Source of the DNA: Octopus vulgaris
Lineage: Eukaryota
DNA length: 64,000 nucleotides
NCBI GenBank assembly: GCA_951406725.2
Contig: OX597826.1
Span: 40,858,001-40,922,000, forward strand
Reading direction: 5' to 3'
The notes beneath the pieces are model-generated. The model was not told the origin of the DNA and made no database searches. It worked only from the letters and a program-made list of their open reading frames with translations. A program made the position numbers and the translations under genes. The first letter of the stretch is position 1. Every line of letters starts with the position of its first letter. Below are positions 1 through 14,685 of the stretch, piece by piece.

Positions 1-141
1 ATACAAGTATACCCTATTGATATTGTTGAAATACCAATGAAGGAGCCTTGGATTTAGGTTAGAAACCGGCTCTTTCTCTATTGACAAGAAATCTTGAAAT
101 AAAACTGAATTATGTCAAACATACATACATACATACATACA

Positions 142-175
<34 letters not shown>

Positions 176-179
176 AACA

Positions 180-1170
180 GTAGACTGAGTAGAATTATCA
201 GGGTTTGTTGAAATAGACTCGTTTCCAAGAATAGAGAAACACTGCCTTAGAAGCTTTTAATGTTAACATAACAGAAGAATACTTAGAACATCAGGAAGAG
301 ACCTTTACCGTTATATCCTTGATTTTAAGAAAGCGTTTAATCATGCATAACATGAATCAGTATGGCTCATAATGAAGAAATATAATATCAACGTTGCAAT
401 AATAGATCTTATAACAGGCGGCGAGCTGGCAGAAACGTTAGCACGCCAGGCGAAATACTTAGCAGTACTTTGTCTGTCCCTACGTTCTAAGTTCAAATTC
501 CGCCGAGGTCGACTTTGCCTTTCATCCTTTCGGGGTCGATTAAATAAGTACCAGTTACGCACTGGGGTTGATGTAATCGACTTAATGTCCTTGTTTGTCC
601 CCTCTATGTTTAGCCCCCTGTGGGCAATAAGGAAATATATCTTATAAAAATCATTGTATGACATGCAAAATGTCTGATTTTAATTATAAATTCATCAAAC
701 AACTGGTTTAAAACAACAGTTGGTGCCAGATTGGGTTTGTATTTTTCACAATAAACCTTCAGTGGATTTCTGTGATATCCACTGACGGAAAAACTTGAAT
801 CATTTGAAATATTAATGTAGGTAGCTAAGACTTTAATAATCTCCATTTTGCCCGATTTGATATCGGTCTCAGATAAAATGAAAAAGACTTAAAGATCTAG
901 CAACTCGTTTTAATACAGGTTCATGAACTGATGGAAAGCAAAGTACTAAGGAAAAGATAACTGAAAGCAAAAATTAAAACAGTGAACCCAAATTAAATAA
1001 CTGTGAAGACGCTCAATCATGTTGATTAAATTTAGTAAGTATCTGGGAAGAACACGAACAGAAGATGAGGGATCAAATTAAAAAGTGAAGTGCCAGAACA
1101 AATAGTAATTTCAGCTGCCCTGTATGGGTCCGAATTATAGCCGTTAGATGCTGAATTTAGACGGGCCGTC
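180..1170 (+). pseudogene. Decayed RTE-type LINE reverse transcriptase fragment, interrupted by a SINE
   Basis: Frames read DFKKAFNHA*HESVWLIMKKYNI and NWFKTTVGARLG..FS (RT motifs DFxKAFD and GVRQG); stops and frameshifts present. Confidence 0.7.
415..638 (+). mobile_element. tRNA-derived SINE family A, full length with 9-bp TSD
   Basis: A-box-like TGGCAGAAACGTTAG, B-box GTTCAAATTCC, conserved gccgaggtcgactttgcctttcatcctttcggggtcga body. TSD atcttataa at 406-414 and 639-647. Confidence 0.85.
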
Positions 1171-1490
1171 TAAAGCTTTGTGAGTGCATTTAGTGGACGG
1201 AAATTGAAAGAAGCCCATCGTATATATATGTGTGAGTGTGTGTGTGTGTGTGTGTATCTTAGTGTATGTGTTTATCCCCCATCACGGCTTGACAACCGGT
1301 TTTGGTGTGTTTACGTCTCCGTTATATAGTGGTTCGACAAAATGAACCGATATAATATGTACTTGGCTTTAAAAAAAGTTCCGGGGCTCGATTTGTTCGA
1401 CTAAAACCCTTCCGTGGTTACTGCTTCTGTTTGAAGGTGTAGTACATTCACTTAATTCACTTTATATCAACCCATGGTAACACGTGTTGC

Positions 1491-1534
<44 letters not shown>

Positions 1535-2202
1535 TATTGTTGTCGTTCATGTTGTTGTTATGGTCTCTTATTCACTCGTGGTTCAATTAACAATAATTAA
1601 GTGTCAATATTACAGTAAATATCGGAGCACTTAGTTTACAATTATTCTTGTGAAATTTGTTGTTAGTATTGCTGTTATTATTGTTGATGTTGTCACCGTT
1701 GTTGTTATTGCTGTTGTTGTTGTTATTGTTGTTGGTCGTGGTGGTTGTGGTGGTGGTGGTGGTGGTGGTGGAGGTATAAATATTGGTGCCGGTACTGGTG
1801 ATAGTTGTGGTGGTGGTGGTGTGGTGGTGGTGGTGGTGGTGGTGGTGGTGGTGGTAGTGGCAGTTGTGGTAAGGATGACGTGACGACGACGGTAGAAGTT
1901 TTGGTGCTGGTGCTGGTGATGGTGATGGTGTTGCTGGTGATACTGGCGGTGGTATTGGTGGTGGTGGTGGTGGTGGTGGTGGTGGTAGTGATAGCGGCGG
2001 TAGTAGTAGTTGTGGTGTTCTCAACACACACATGCACATGGCGTGACGTCAGTGGTAGCGATGGTAGTGGCGGAGCTGTAGTTTGGATGCTGATGGAGAG
2101 AGAGAGAGAGACAGAGAGAGAGACAGAGAGAGAGTCAAGAAAACCTCTTGATCTCATTTTGTGTTTTAAGAAACGTCCGTCGGTAATTGGTTTGGACACT
2201 AA

Positions 2203-2244
2203 TTACTGTCCGGCCGATAATAATCTGGAACTGTTCATCTCAGT
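2203..2244 (-). CDS. Possible short terminal exon of Hand (TEMNSSRLLSAGQ*)
   Basis: Acceptor-like tgttgtgtttctag followed by a phase-0 open frame to TAA, in a non-repeat island followed by UTR-like triplet-repeat sequence. It lacks the canonical RTGWPQ..WA motif, so it is speculative. Confidence 0.2.
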   Translation of the reverse strand, partial: TEMNSSRLLSAGQ

Positions 2245-2327
2245 CTAGAAACACAACACTAACTCCACCAACGCCGCCAACATCACAACCACCACCTAGT
2301 GCTATCGCTATCACCGTCATCATCATT

Positions 2328-2397
<70 letters not shown>

Positions 2398-2625
2398 CTG
2401 AAACTCTTTCTATCTCAGTTTTGTATGGTTGAATAAAATACAACTCCCAACAACAATCGTTAATTCTATCGTGATCATTATCATCATTAACAGCACTACA
2501 CTCTCTTACCCATCCACCCCACCCCAATCCAATACATAAACGCAAGCATGCGCATACACAAATACATACATACATAAATGCACACAAAAATACATATATA
2601 TGTATTCAGACATATATATATATAC

Positions 2626-2663
<38 letters not shown>

Positions 2664-3317
2664 CGCACCACCGCCAAAAATATCGCCACCACCACCATCA
2701 TCACCACCACTACCACCATCATCGTCATCACCGCCACGGCTATATAACTTATAGTCTACACTATCATATCAGCGTATACGTACATTCATTCCCACACATA
2801 TTTTCAAAAACCTACACTACCACCACCACCACGAACAACTATACCATTTCTGCTACTACCACCACCACCACCAATAATAACAACAACAACAACAACACTA
2901 TTCAATTATCTATCTGATCGAAATCAGTTGTCACGACAATTTCGCTCCAACTCCCAACGCCGACTCAGAAATATTCACAGTTCAAACTTTATATCAGTAA
3001 AAATTGAATTATCGCCATCAAGCGAGATATTTCTCTCGAGACGCACACAAACACACTTTCACTCACACATACACACACACACACATATAGCAGTATTTTA
3101 TGGTTTACCACTCTTGGTTAGTTTGCTGGAGTTCTCTTTTTATAAAAGAGGGAGGGATTGTTCTAGGAACCATTAGAACACTAGCAACAAAATATTGATA
3201 ATAAAGAATCATGCCATTTACATGTCAAGTGGACGTCAGAACATGTATATTTGAGGATATTTATATATGGATATGCATAAATGTGAATGCGTGAGAAGTG
3301 GGCGAATGCCGCTGCGC

Positions 3318-3414
<97 letters not shown>

Positions 3415-3499
3415 CGTGTATGTATGTGTGTGTATGTGTGTATGTGAGTGTGTCTGTATACTCACTCACACAAGATCTAGAATGTCTGTATACACACTC

Positions 3500-5040
3500 C
3501 AAGATCTAGAATGAAAAAAGAGATTTCAAGCTTAAATAGTTAGGTAAGAATAGTGTATGAACATCGACAGAAAAACATGCACAATTGACCCCGAAACTTT
3601 CACTATAGCTGTATCTAAACTGCATAATGAGAAGGCACCTGGGAGAGACTTAAGAGTTGGAGACTTGTGCAAGAGGCTGACTTTTTTACAAAATTCCATT
3701 AATATGCATTTTCAACTGGTCTATGAAAACCGAATTGAAATACCAAATTGGCCGGTTATAGCACGGACGAACCTTGTAGCCAAGAATGAAATCACCGAGC
3801 TTGCAGAAAGTTAGGGGGCAAGTGACCTGCCTAAACATTATGTACCACCTGTACATAAGTGACCTCAATCCAGGATCTTTGTGAACAACATTGTGACTGA
3901 GTAGGCAAGTAGAAAGAAGGACATGTAGGGGATGTGCCAAACAACTTCCGATAATCTAAGTTGTTTATCTGAAGTAGTTTATCTGCAAAGACCTTGTGAC
4001 AGTAATGGCTTGATTATATAGGAAAGCATTTGACTCTATTTCCCACTCATGGCTGCTGCAATCTTTACCTGCTCCCTTAGTTGCACCATTGAGTGAAGAT
4101 GAAGAATCAGTCTCCGAAACAAAACACGTGTACATCAATACCATTCTATCTCTCATTTTCCACACAAAGGATGTTACAAATACATTTATGAAAAGATATC
4201 ATATGAAGATGTTATGAATAAAGGCAGAATGACCCCAGAATATTACACCAGACTTTAAAATATATGGCAGTCAAAACTCCCTTCTTACAGTAAGACAATA
4301 TCCCACAATGCATTTTCAGTACCAGTGCTGATTCCAGCAATTGGGATACTTGACTGGTCTGTCGAGAAAATCTACTCCAAAGACATTAAAACCCTCAAGA
4401 TCCTTTCATCAACTGGAAACTTCCACAGTAACAGTGATATCGACCGGCTCTACCTAAGAAGAGATGAAGGAGATAGAGGCTCGAGATCAGTGCAGACAGC
4501 CTTCGAATGACTAACAAAAATAGATACATAAACTTAGTGTTGAAAAGCGCAAAGTAACAACGTCCAATATCGGCAGTGAGGTCCTTAGGAAGCACTACTT
4601 TCCTGTTAATCCCACCCCCATACAACCCCAGGACTAACATACCTCAAAGACCTGGATATGAAACGCTCACCATACCAAAAAAAAGATTATGCATAAGAGT
4701 GTTTCCCGAAGACAGTAACATCGACACAAAGTACAGCCTCTCTTGGACTCGTGTGTCCACTATATCACATCACATTTCGAAGATTAGTATTTGCAATGCG
4801 GGAGCGAGAGATTGCTACAAAATACATAACAAAAGAGATAGTGAAGTCTTTGGAGCCCCAATATGCAACCGAAAATGTAGAATGTCATATTTTCGTAGAA
4901 GATATCACACATTATATTAGCAGCTGCCTAAAAATGTCATCAAGGTACTTGTCTTCACTAATATGCATGCTATGCATTATACAGAAAGTATATAAAAGTA
5001 TGTGTAAAAAGTATAATAGAATATAACATAAATGAGTTCA
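3500..5040 (+). pseudogene. Decayed R4/Dong-like (RLE-type) non-LTR retrotransposon
   Basis: Peptides KLHNEKAPGRD, IPNWPVIARTNLVAK, GNFHSNSDIDRLYLRRDEGDRG and the CCHC-like EDITHYISSCLKMSSRY; many stops and frameshifts. Confidence 0.75.
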
Positions 5041-5257
5041 CTAGAAATCTGGAGAAATACAGATTAAACCGAGAGATAGCATTGTAAAGACCTCAGAATA
5101 TTTTCTAAGTGAACTGTAGTGAAACCAAAGCGATACTCAAACCTACATAGAAGTATACACATACCTAAATATGTACCAAAACACATTCATACACATATAT
5201 ACACTCAATATGAATGTAAATACTCATTCATATGTATCTATACATATATATGTGTAT

Positions 5258-5815
5258 TTTTATGCATATAGTAATGGCTCGATATATGAGTTAATCTGTT
5301 CCCGGAGATCGTTCGTAAAGCGAAAACTCATAAAGCAGAGCAATAATTTCTCAAAGTAGCAATGTTATAAATCGTAATTCGTTTCCAGTAAATATTTTAC
5401 CTACAAAATTTATTATATTCATAAATAAACGGCAATAAAACAACAGTAGAATGTAAAGAATATTTCATGTAAAGTAAAAAGAATATCAAGATCATTTATA
5501 GTAACAATAAAGTATTATTATTTTAATCGTTTTCTGAATCATTCGTACTACACTCATGCAAACCAACACTTGTAGACGTGATCGCCGATTCACAAGCACT
5601 CGTAGACGGATTTGTAGATGTCTTTTAAAACTCAAGTCTATAGTTGTTTGCTAAGAAGAAGCTTTTTTTTTCGCTCTCTATAAATTTCTCGTTAAAACGC
5701 ATATACATTTGTTATGATAGTAGAAACTTTTGCATTTCGTTCAAAATTTGGATCTTGTGCTTGAAAAATAAAACTCGCAAGCCCGAGGTCTCGTAAAGCG
5801 AGTCCTCGTACTTTA
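5258..5815. mobile_element. Possible decayed Tigger-like MITE
   Basis: tcgtaaagcga motif near both ends and degenerate agta...ctcg / cgag...tact termini. Confidence 0.35.
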
Positions 5816-6303
5816 TAAAGAGTCAATTTTGTATGTATACTTAGAGTTGAAGTATTAGTGTAACCATGATGTTCTAGTGATCTGATGGGCCAACTTTCTT
5901 CATCTGCACTACTTTGTAAATTTACAATTGTATTGTATATAGCGTAGCATGCATATTAGTGCAAACATGTAAAACACACTGAAATTATTGTTACATGATG
6001 AAAGCTACGAAATGACCATAATCCTAATGACAAATGGTTAAATAAATATATTCACTGCTTATACCTCCTGACATTTTATAGTTTACATCCTCCTCGCGGA
6101 ATAATTTCATTGATCTCCTGTATTGGATTACTCAGTGGTCTGCTAGCTAAGTCCATAAGAGGAGCTTTTTGTGATAACCACACGAGTCTATGGATTCATA
6201 AATTAGACTACAAATTTATATACATATACAAATTTATATGTATGTATGTATGTATGCATGTATGTATGTATGTATGTATGTATGAATGTATGTATGTATG
6301 CAT

Positions 6304-6366
<63 letters not shown>

Positions 6367-6497
6367 AAAAATAGAAAACTTTTTAGAAATTTCTATCGGT
6401 TTGTTTCGAGACACATAAATTATAATGGTTATTGACAATTTTTGTTTCGTCATATTTGGCATTAAATTTTTCTTTTGCCCTTATCTTGTAAATTATT

Positions 6498-6563
<66 letters not shown>

Positions 6564-6621
6564 AGTATGTATGTATATATGGATATATATATATATATAT
6601 ATGGAGGATATGTACACACAC

Positions 6622-6692
<71 letters not shown>

Positions 6693-7747
6693 TATATGGA
6701 TATATATATATGGAGGATATGTACACACATAGATATATGTACACACACACACTCACGCACGTGCGCTTACACACATACACACACACACACACACACGCAC
6801 ACACATACCTATAGTATTCATTTGTAATGAATCAAGTACTGCTAGTCTTTACTCTCCACTTTACAATTCGTTTTTTGTTTTTTGGGGGTTTTTTTTAATT
6901 CTAGATTCCTCTTTCCCCACCTTACACACCCACTGTGTTAGTGTATCATAATTATACGCGCGAGAACAAGCAGCTCTTATCATCTCTGCGTAATTGTTAT
7001 TACGCTAATTATTTTGCTATGTGTGTGTTTTTCATTATTATCTAAACTTAAAATAATGTGTGTATATATACACATGCATAAACATATAAATAACTAACGA
7101 CAAAATGGCGCCTAGTGGGTTGGTCGGGCTGATACTCAGTAGATTTGTGAACTTGTAATATAAACGATATTAAATTGGGTAACATCTACACGACTTAATT
7201 GACTGAGAAATTATCTTCACTAGTGGCTGCTGTCACACGTAACGTTTTTTAAGTTCTAGTTGTGTTTCACTGTTAGAAACAGACAGATGGGCATGTGGAA
7301 AGAAAGTATTACAAAAAAGTGAAAGAATGAGGCGGGAAGATTGCTAAACAATATTAATAAGCGAACGACAGATGATGTCTTGGGACTGCTGACTAGAAAT
7401 GGCGGATATACCGAAAAAGGATATAACAAACATGACAGAGTGTTCAACTATCTGTTGTAACATGCTTGAAAAAACAATCAGATAAAGAATCGCCTGCTTT
7501 GTGTAATTGTGAAATCATGTGTAAATGCATATATGGAGAGTGTGTATCTGCCTATGTGTGTGCCTGTTTATGTGTGTGTGTGTGTATGTGTGTGTCAAAC
7601 AGTATAATCTCACATCTAAGTGAGTGTGAGGACATGTACGCATGTATGTTTGTGCGTATATCAGTCACACACGCGCTCACACACGCGCACACGCACGCAC
7701 GCGCACTCATACATATACATACATATATACATACACACACACACACA

Positions 7748-7831
<84 letters not shown>

Positions 7832-8444
7832 CGATTCCAGCTGATAAACGCATTATATATATATATAATGCATGTCTGTATATATATACACACATATACA
7901 TATATAATGTATATATATATAAAGAGAGAGAGAGAGCATTTGGTTGAACTGAATATGTACTTGTACATATATCCGTATGTACATATACAAGGTTAATATG
8001 CATGTATATGCATGTATATACATATGCATTATACATGCGTTCGTGCGTTATGTATATAGACAGATAGACCGAAAAATTTTACATACATGTAAATATAGAA
8101 ATACATGTGTGTATGTATGTATGTATGTATGTATGTATGTATGTATGTATGTATGTATGTGTGTATGTATGTATGTATGTGTATACAGATTGTCTGCATA
8201 ATTTATCACAATTATGCTGTTTAAGTGAAATTGACGATATTTCGTCGTTTCTATGTTTCCTACGCCGCGATCAATTTACGTAGTTATATACACTATATAT
8301 ATTATGCGAATATGCACTAAGTATGTCTACATACATGTTATATACAGAAATATACATATTCAAGTATATATTTGCATAAACATTGATATGTTTTATGTAT
8401 TATGTATATGTGTGTGTGTGTAGACATGCATACAATATCCAGAC

Positions 8445-8515
<71 letters not shown>

Positions 8516-8666
8516 TAACATACAAACATATATATAGTATGCAAGTTTTAAACAACCTGCAGATGACAGCAGCAGTGGTCAACATTCAAATTTCACAAAC
8601 ACACAAACACACAAACACACACACACATAGATATATGTACACAGACACGTACACACACTCACATAC

Positions 8667-8701
<35 letters not shown>

Positions 8702-8703
<2 letters not shown>

Positions 8704-9209
8704 GTAAATCCTCGAGTATAAACCGCATTTTTTCCCCAAAATTTAAAGGTCAAAATCCCTAGTGCGTACTATATACGAGGTTAAAAATAAAAATATTTTC
8801 TAAGCAATGTCCGAGTTTCTATTTGATTATTCAGACGCATTTTGTGATGTCGGGCGCGAAAATACCTCAAGCTAAGCCTGAAAGCAATGAAGTCATAAAA
8901 GACCCATCCATAACTTGCAGTAAACAACAGTTATTAAACATTATTGCTGTTATTACTGTTATTTCTTTATTTTCTGCAAACAAAATGCACAAAAAAATCT
9001 ACACGTTTGCATCATGTTATATATACAATAATAATAAAGGACGTTACCGAATACTGTTTTACAAACCAAGGACGTTATATAGACCTCCTTGACTCAAGTT
9101 AGAGAAGGGATGTGTATTATACACAAGGTTTAAGTTTTTCAGAGGTACAGTCCCCTAAAAATCCCCTACGTATTATACTCAAGGGTGGACTATACTCGAG
9201 GATTTACGG
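8702..9209. mobile_element. pogo/Tc2-like MITE
   Basis: Perfect TIRs ccgtaaatcctcgagtata / tatactcgaggatttacgg, TA flanks, subterminal repeats of the type gtattatac.c.agg; no coding capacity. Confidence 0.85.
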
Positions 9210-9237
9210 TATATATATATATATATATGTATATGTA

Positions 9238-9430
9238 TTCAAAATGTGACCGCGTGTGTACCGTTGGCGATTTTTTTTCCTCTGTCATCCCTTCTCCTAT
9301 GTTTCCGACGAAGAGCTCCGATCGAAACGTTAAACCCTCCTTCTTTCCTTCTTTCCTGAGCGTCCAATAATACTATATTTGTTCAACGTCCTCGCGTTGT
9401 TGTGCTTTTTGTGCTTTCATGTTTGGATTA

Positions 9431-9432
<2 letters not shown>
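9238..9432 (+). mobile_element. Short (TA)n-associated repeat with hammerhead-like GAAGAGC...TCGAAACGTT (copy 1)
   Basis: Nearly identical to 40628-40840; similar motif on the minus strand at 33633-33830. Confidence 0.6.
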
Positions 9433-9486
<54 letters not shown>

Positions 9487-9653
9487 CACTAAAAATTAAT
9501 ATAAACAGTTAGGTACAATGTCATACCAGATCCACCCTCAAAGGATTTTGGTCGGACCGAGGGTATAACTGAAATCACGAGCAGAGTGTGCCACTGAACT
9601 TGGAGCCATGTGTTTGGGAAATAAACTCCTTACAACACAGTCATGCCAGCATA

Positions 9654-9690
<37 letters not shown>

Positions 9691-10243
9691 CACACACACA
9701 CACACATACACACGTGTGTGTGAATATGATAAATGCATATATATGTGTGTTTGTATGGATGTACGTATGTATGTATTTACTTGTGTGTGTATATATACTT
9801 GTATATATATGCATATACAAATATATATATACACACACACACGTGTGTGCATATGCACACATGTATGTATACATACATACGAGGTAGTCTTCATATGAGT
9901 TTGCGTTAGTGTATGTATATTTTAAATGAGTACCTTGTGTGTACATGTTTCAGACACTAGCTTGCGCACGCTGTATACTCACACACACATCATTTTATGT
10001 ATTAATACTGGTATAAATGATTCTCCCTAGCCACAACAAATATATATATATATATATATGAATAAATGAAAGAATGGAGTCTCTTTCATTTATTCATATA
10101 AAAAACACACAAATTTCCACACAAGAACCCGGAGTTTCTACCCTTGACAGGTCGCTTCAACCGTGTTTTCTGACGTGAATTTGCTACCCAGGTATCGATT
10201 AAACGAATTTTCCATGCTACGATAATTCATTCACCTACTTATA

Positions 10244-10308
<65 letters not shown>

Positions 10309-10667
10309 TTTTATTCTTTCTTTTATTGTCTTACTTGTTTCAGTCATTTGGCTGCGGCCATGCTGGAGCATCTAATTGAAGAGTCTTAGTCGATCAAATC
10401 TACCCCAGGACTTATTTGCTTTAAAGCCTAGCACATACTCGATACCACATTGCTTCTAGCTGCGAATTACGCTAAGAGTATAGATGTATACATACATATG
10501 GTGAAACGTATACATGTGTGTGTTTATGTATGTGTGATTGTGTGCGTTATATATATTATATATAAAAGTATATGGATAAATTTTATATATATATTATATA
10601 TATATATATATATACACATATATATACATACATATATATATATATACATACATATATATATACACAT

Positions 10668-10708
<41 letters not shown>

Positions 10709-10891
10709 CATATATATATATATATAATGTATCTATTATTTATATACATAAATATACCTAAATGTCTACATGCATATATACATATATATATATTTACATG
10801 TGTACGTGTATATAATATATGGATATACAGGCACATATATATATTATACAGGCACATATATATATATTATACATACATATATATATATATT

Positions 10892-11046
<155 letters not shown>

Positions 11047-11108
11047 CAACGGCGGTGCATCAGCATGGCTGCAGATTTGAGCTTAAACTAAAAAAAAAAA
11101 GAAAAACC

Positions 11109-11152
<44 letters not shown>

Positions 11153-11311
11153 AATATATTTATGTATGAATGTATGTATGTATACAGAGAGGAGAGATAG
11201 TAAGAGAAGAAAAGTTAGACAGACAGACATACAGGCAAACAGACAGACAGACGGACGGACGGACGGACGGACAGACAGACAGAAAGACAGACAGACAGAC
11301 AGACAGACAGT

Positions 11312-11390
<79 letters not shown>

Positions 11391-11806
11391 TAAAACTGCT
11401 GGTCGAACAAATATCCGATACATAAAACAGCTGAATTTCTTTCCATATTGTCTCTACTACAGACTCAAACTTTAGAAGTCTTTATTCGATCTCTCTTCTA
11501 GCGTACAATACGTCCAAGCCAGATGTTAAATGCTTTATATTCATGACGTACTATCTTGCTTGAATATTTTATAATTACAATGGTTATATTATGCAATGTT
11601 CATTTACCCTTCGTTTGTCTTGTATTGGGCGGTACATAACAATACACCTCGTTGTAAGTGTATGGTAAGCCAGTGTGGGCATATCGTACATACGTAATCA
11701 ATATAACAGTTGTAGCCGTAAAGTTTTCTATTTTCATGAAAGTAAACCAATTTATAATAGCACATTGATCTTTCATAACTTACTCACGGGTTTCCATGTA
11801 TGTCGT

Positions 11807-11847
<41 letters not shown>

Positions 11848-11849
11848 CA

Positions 11850-11921
<72 letters not shown>

Positions 11922-12133
11922 GGACTATCTGACTATCTATCTGACTATTTAAGCATATATAAATAAATATATATATAAATGGATGAATGAATTATCTTTT
12001 GTTTACCGTTAAGATTGAAAATTCAATAAACAGTTACCAGGGTAGCAAAATTCACGCAAGTAACACGGATGAAGCGACCTATTCAAAGGTAGAAACTCCG
12101 GGTTAATGTGCAGTAATTTGTGTAGTATTTACT

Positions 12134-12157
<24 letters not shown>

Positions 12158-12165
<8 letters not shown>

Positions 12166-12545
12166 TTAGTGAATTGAAGAAATGGAGTTGAACGAAGATT
12201 GAACAGAAATCGTTCTGTTTTTGTTTTTTCCAACGGATTTCCTATTTCTTCCTGAAGAGAAAGACACAATATGGTCTCCTTATTCAATCGGAATTTGGTA
12301 AATTGTGGCTTTCGAAACACGTGTAGAATGCAATAAAACGATTTCTGTTCAATCTTCGTTCAACTCCATTTCTTCAATTCACTAATAATATTAAAATTCA
12401 ATTATCCGCACCAACGCATGGTTGCAACACCATATGGTTGTACCTCCAACCGTGCTGTCTTCTGCTGTGATTTTTGCTACCAAGGTATCGGTTAAACTTT
12501 TGATTAATCTGCAACAAGATTATTCATCTTTCTATTTCACAAAAT
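12158..12545 (+). mobile_element. Fold-back, hammerhead-bearing Penelope-like element
   Basis: 57-bp perfect inverted arms 12158-12214 / 12337-12393 around the hammerhead, a 3' extension, and (TA)n flanks. Confidence 0.6.
12246..12330 (+). ncRNA. Type I hammerhead ribozyme (Penelope/retrozyme type)
   Basis: TTC-CTGAAGA(12252)-stem II GAAAG.CACAAT/ATTGTG.CTTTC-GAAAC(12314)-ACGT-GTA-GAA. Palindromic stem III loop; predicted cleavage after 12325; AATAAA just downstream. Confidence 0.75.
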
Positions 12546-12588
12546 ATATATATATATATATATATATAGCTCAGATATTTATTATTGC

Positions 12589-12625
<37 letters not shown>

Positions 12626-12656
12626 TGTATGTATGTATGTATGTATGTATGTATGC

Positions 12657-12687
<31 letters not shown>

Positions 12688-13078
12688 TATGTATGTATGT
12701 ATATGTATGTATATGTATGTATGTATGCATGTATGTATGTATGTATATATGTATGTATATATGTACTGGCTGTACTCCAGCATGACCACAGCCTTGGGGC
12801 TGAAGCATATAAAAGAATAAAATTATACATATATTCTTTTGGCGTACTGTTTTTATGATGTAAATATCAATATCCCTTCACCGTGTTTTTATAAGCTATG
12901 CCGTCCTTAATGTGGAATTTTCAAGCATGCTAATGTTAAGTATGATACTGTTAATGCTAGGTAATAAATTCTGTTGTATACATATAAACTATTGTTTTCA
13001 TATCTAATACGGTGACGGTACAAGGGGAGATACTGGGGAATATATCTGATATATGTGATGGCATGCACATACATGAAC

Positions 13079-13129
<51 letters not shown>

Positions 13130-13410
13130 CAGGTGTGCGTGTGTCTATGTGTTTATGTGTGTGTGTGTATATATATAGAAATATTTATATCTGTATATAT
13201 ATATATCATATATCATAAATCATATACATATTTCATCCTTCATATATATATATATATATATATACAACGACCTCAAACCCACAAGAGTAAACAAGAGAGA
13301 TAGAGACAGGCAGAAACAAGGAAAATGCCACTTGTATTTGAACACTATGCAAATATTCTTTAAAAAAACTTTTTTTAATTTTTCTAAATTTAATTGTTTT
13401 CCATACTTAA

Positions 13411-13444
13411 AGTTGAAAAAGTCTCAATGGCTGAAACCGGTACT
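13411..13444 (+). ncRNA. Variant minimal hammerhead-like motif (U3-A8)
   Basis: AG-TTGAAAA-AGTC-tcaat-GGCT-GAAAC-CG-GTA-CT, inside a ~230-bp island bounded by microsatellites. Confidence 0.4.
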
Positions 13445-13496
13445 GAAATGTTTTTTATAAAATTGTTTTAGCATTTTCTATCTGGACTTTTGTTTC

Positions 13497-13589
<93 letters not shown>

Positions 13590-14685
13590 TTATACTATGC
13601 TGTGGGATATAAGCTATAGGTAATGCGTTATGCCTGTATGTAAACCACCGCTGTGCCGTGTTTAATATACAGAAACTGTACTGATATGAATATAAATACT
13701 CAGTGATTTACTGAAAATATAAACACATAGGGATAAGTTTACTAAACAATTGTTCTAGATGTGTGTACATATATCTACAAAAAAGATTGTATGTTTGCAT
13801 GTATGTATGTGGGTATAATCACGAAAAATTTTCAAAAGTGTTCGTCCTGAGAAAAACAGATTCAATTTTCGAAATCTCCGTCTTAAATGTACGTTTTCGG
13901 TAATTAATAACAAAAAATAAAAAAGTATAATTTGCTGAGAGAACTCCACTTTTGGATTACCAAATCTGCGACTCTCTATCTCTATCGGGTTCTTCTTTTT
14001 ACGCCATTCTTCTCTGTCTGTATATACATTCATCACACTTTTTATCACTATCTGTCTGTATATGTATGTCTCTCACACATGCTACGCTACCTCACTCTAC
14101 CCCCCTCTCTTTCTCTCTCTCTCCCGATATTACATTGTAATACTATCAACAGCGTCTATCTAGCTCTATGTAAATTATTTACATGCCTCTTCGACCGTTT
14201 TACATAACTCTATTCATTAAAACTTATTAAAATTTATTACAACTTTTATTGTTGTGCTGTTTTGCTTTCATTTTATTTAAACTTCTTTCATTTTGTGATA
14301 GATATCAATCCCGCAGAAAATGGTAGCTTCCACGTCTTCTTTTCTGATTGGGTAAGAATTATAAAACATTTTTCTAAATGTTTTTCTAGAATAAATGAAT
14401 CATGAAAATAAGATTCCGCATGGAAAAGTACATCAATATACCAAAATCGTAAAATTTTCACAAAATGTAAAAAATTTTAAAATCTGTGAGAGCAACAGAA
14501 AGTGTACAAGGATGGAAACATACCAACATTAGTTGTGTAGAGGTAGTGGGGCCAAACATATATATGTTCATGCATATGCCTATACATATGTATGCATACA
14601 TATGTATACATACATATGCATATATATGGATTGTAAACATTTTACAAAGTGTATATCCAGAACAATTAAAATGAAGATTTGTACA

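Noticed and set aside
1587-2432. Poly-Pro/His/Thr/Val ORFs on both strands
   Set aside because: Trinucleotide repeats open in several frames; no domain.
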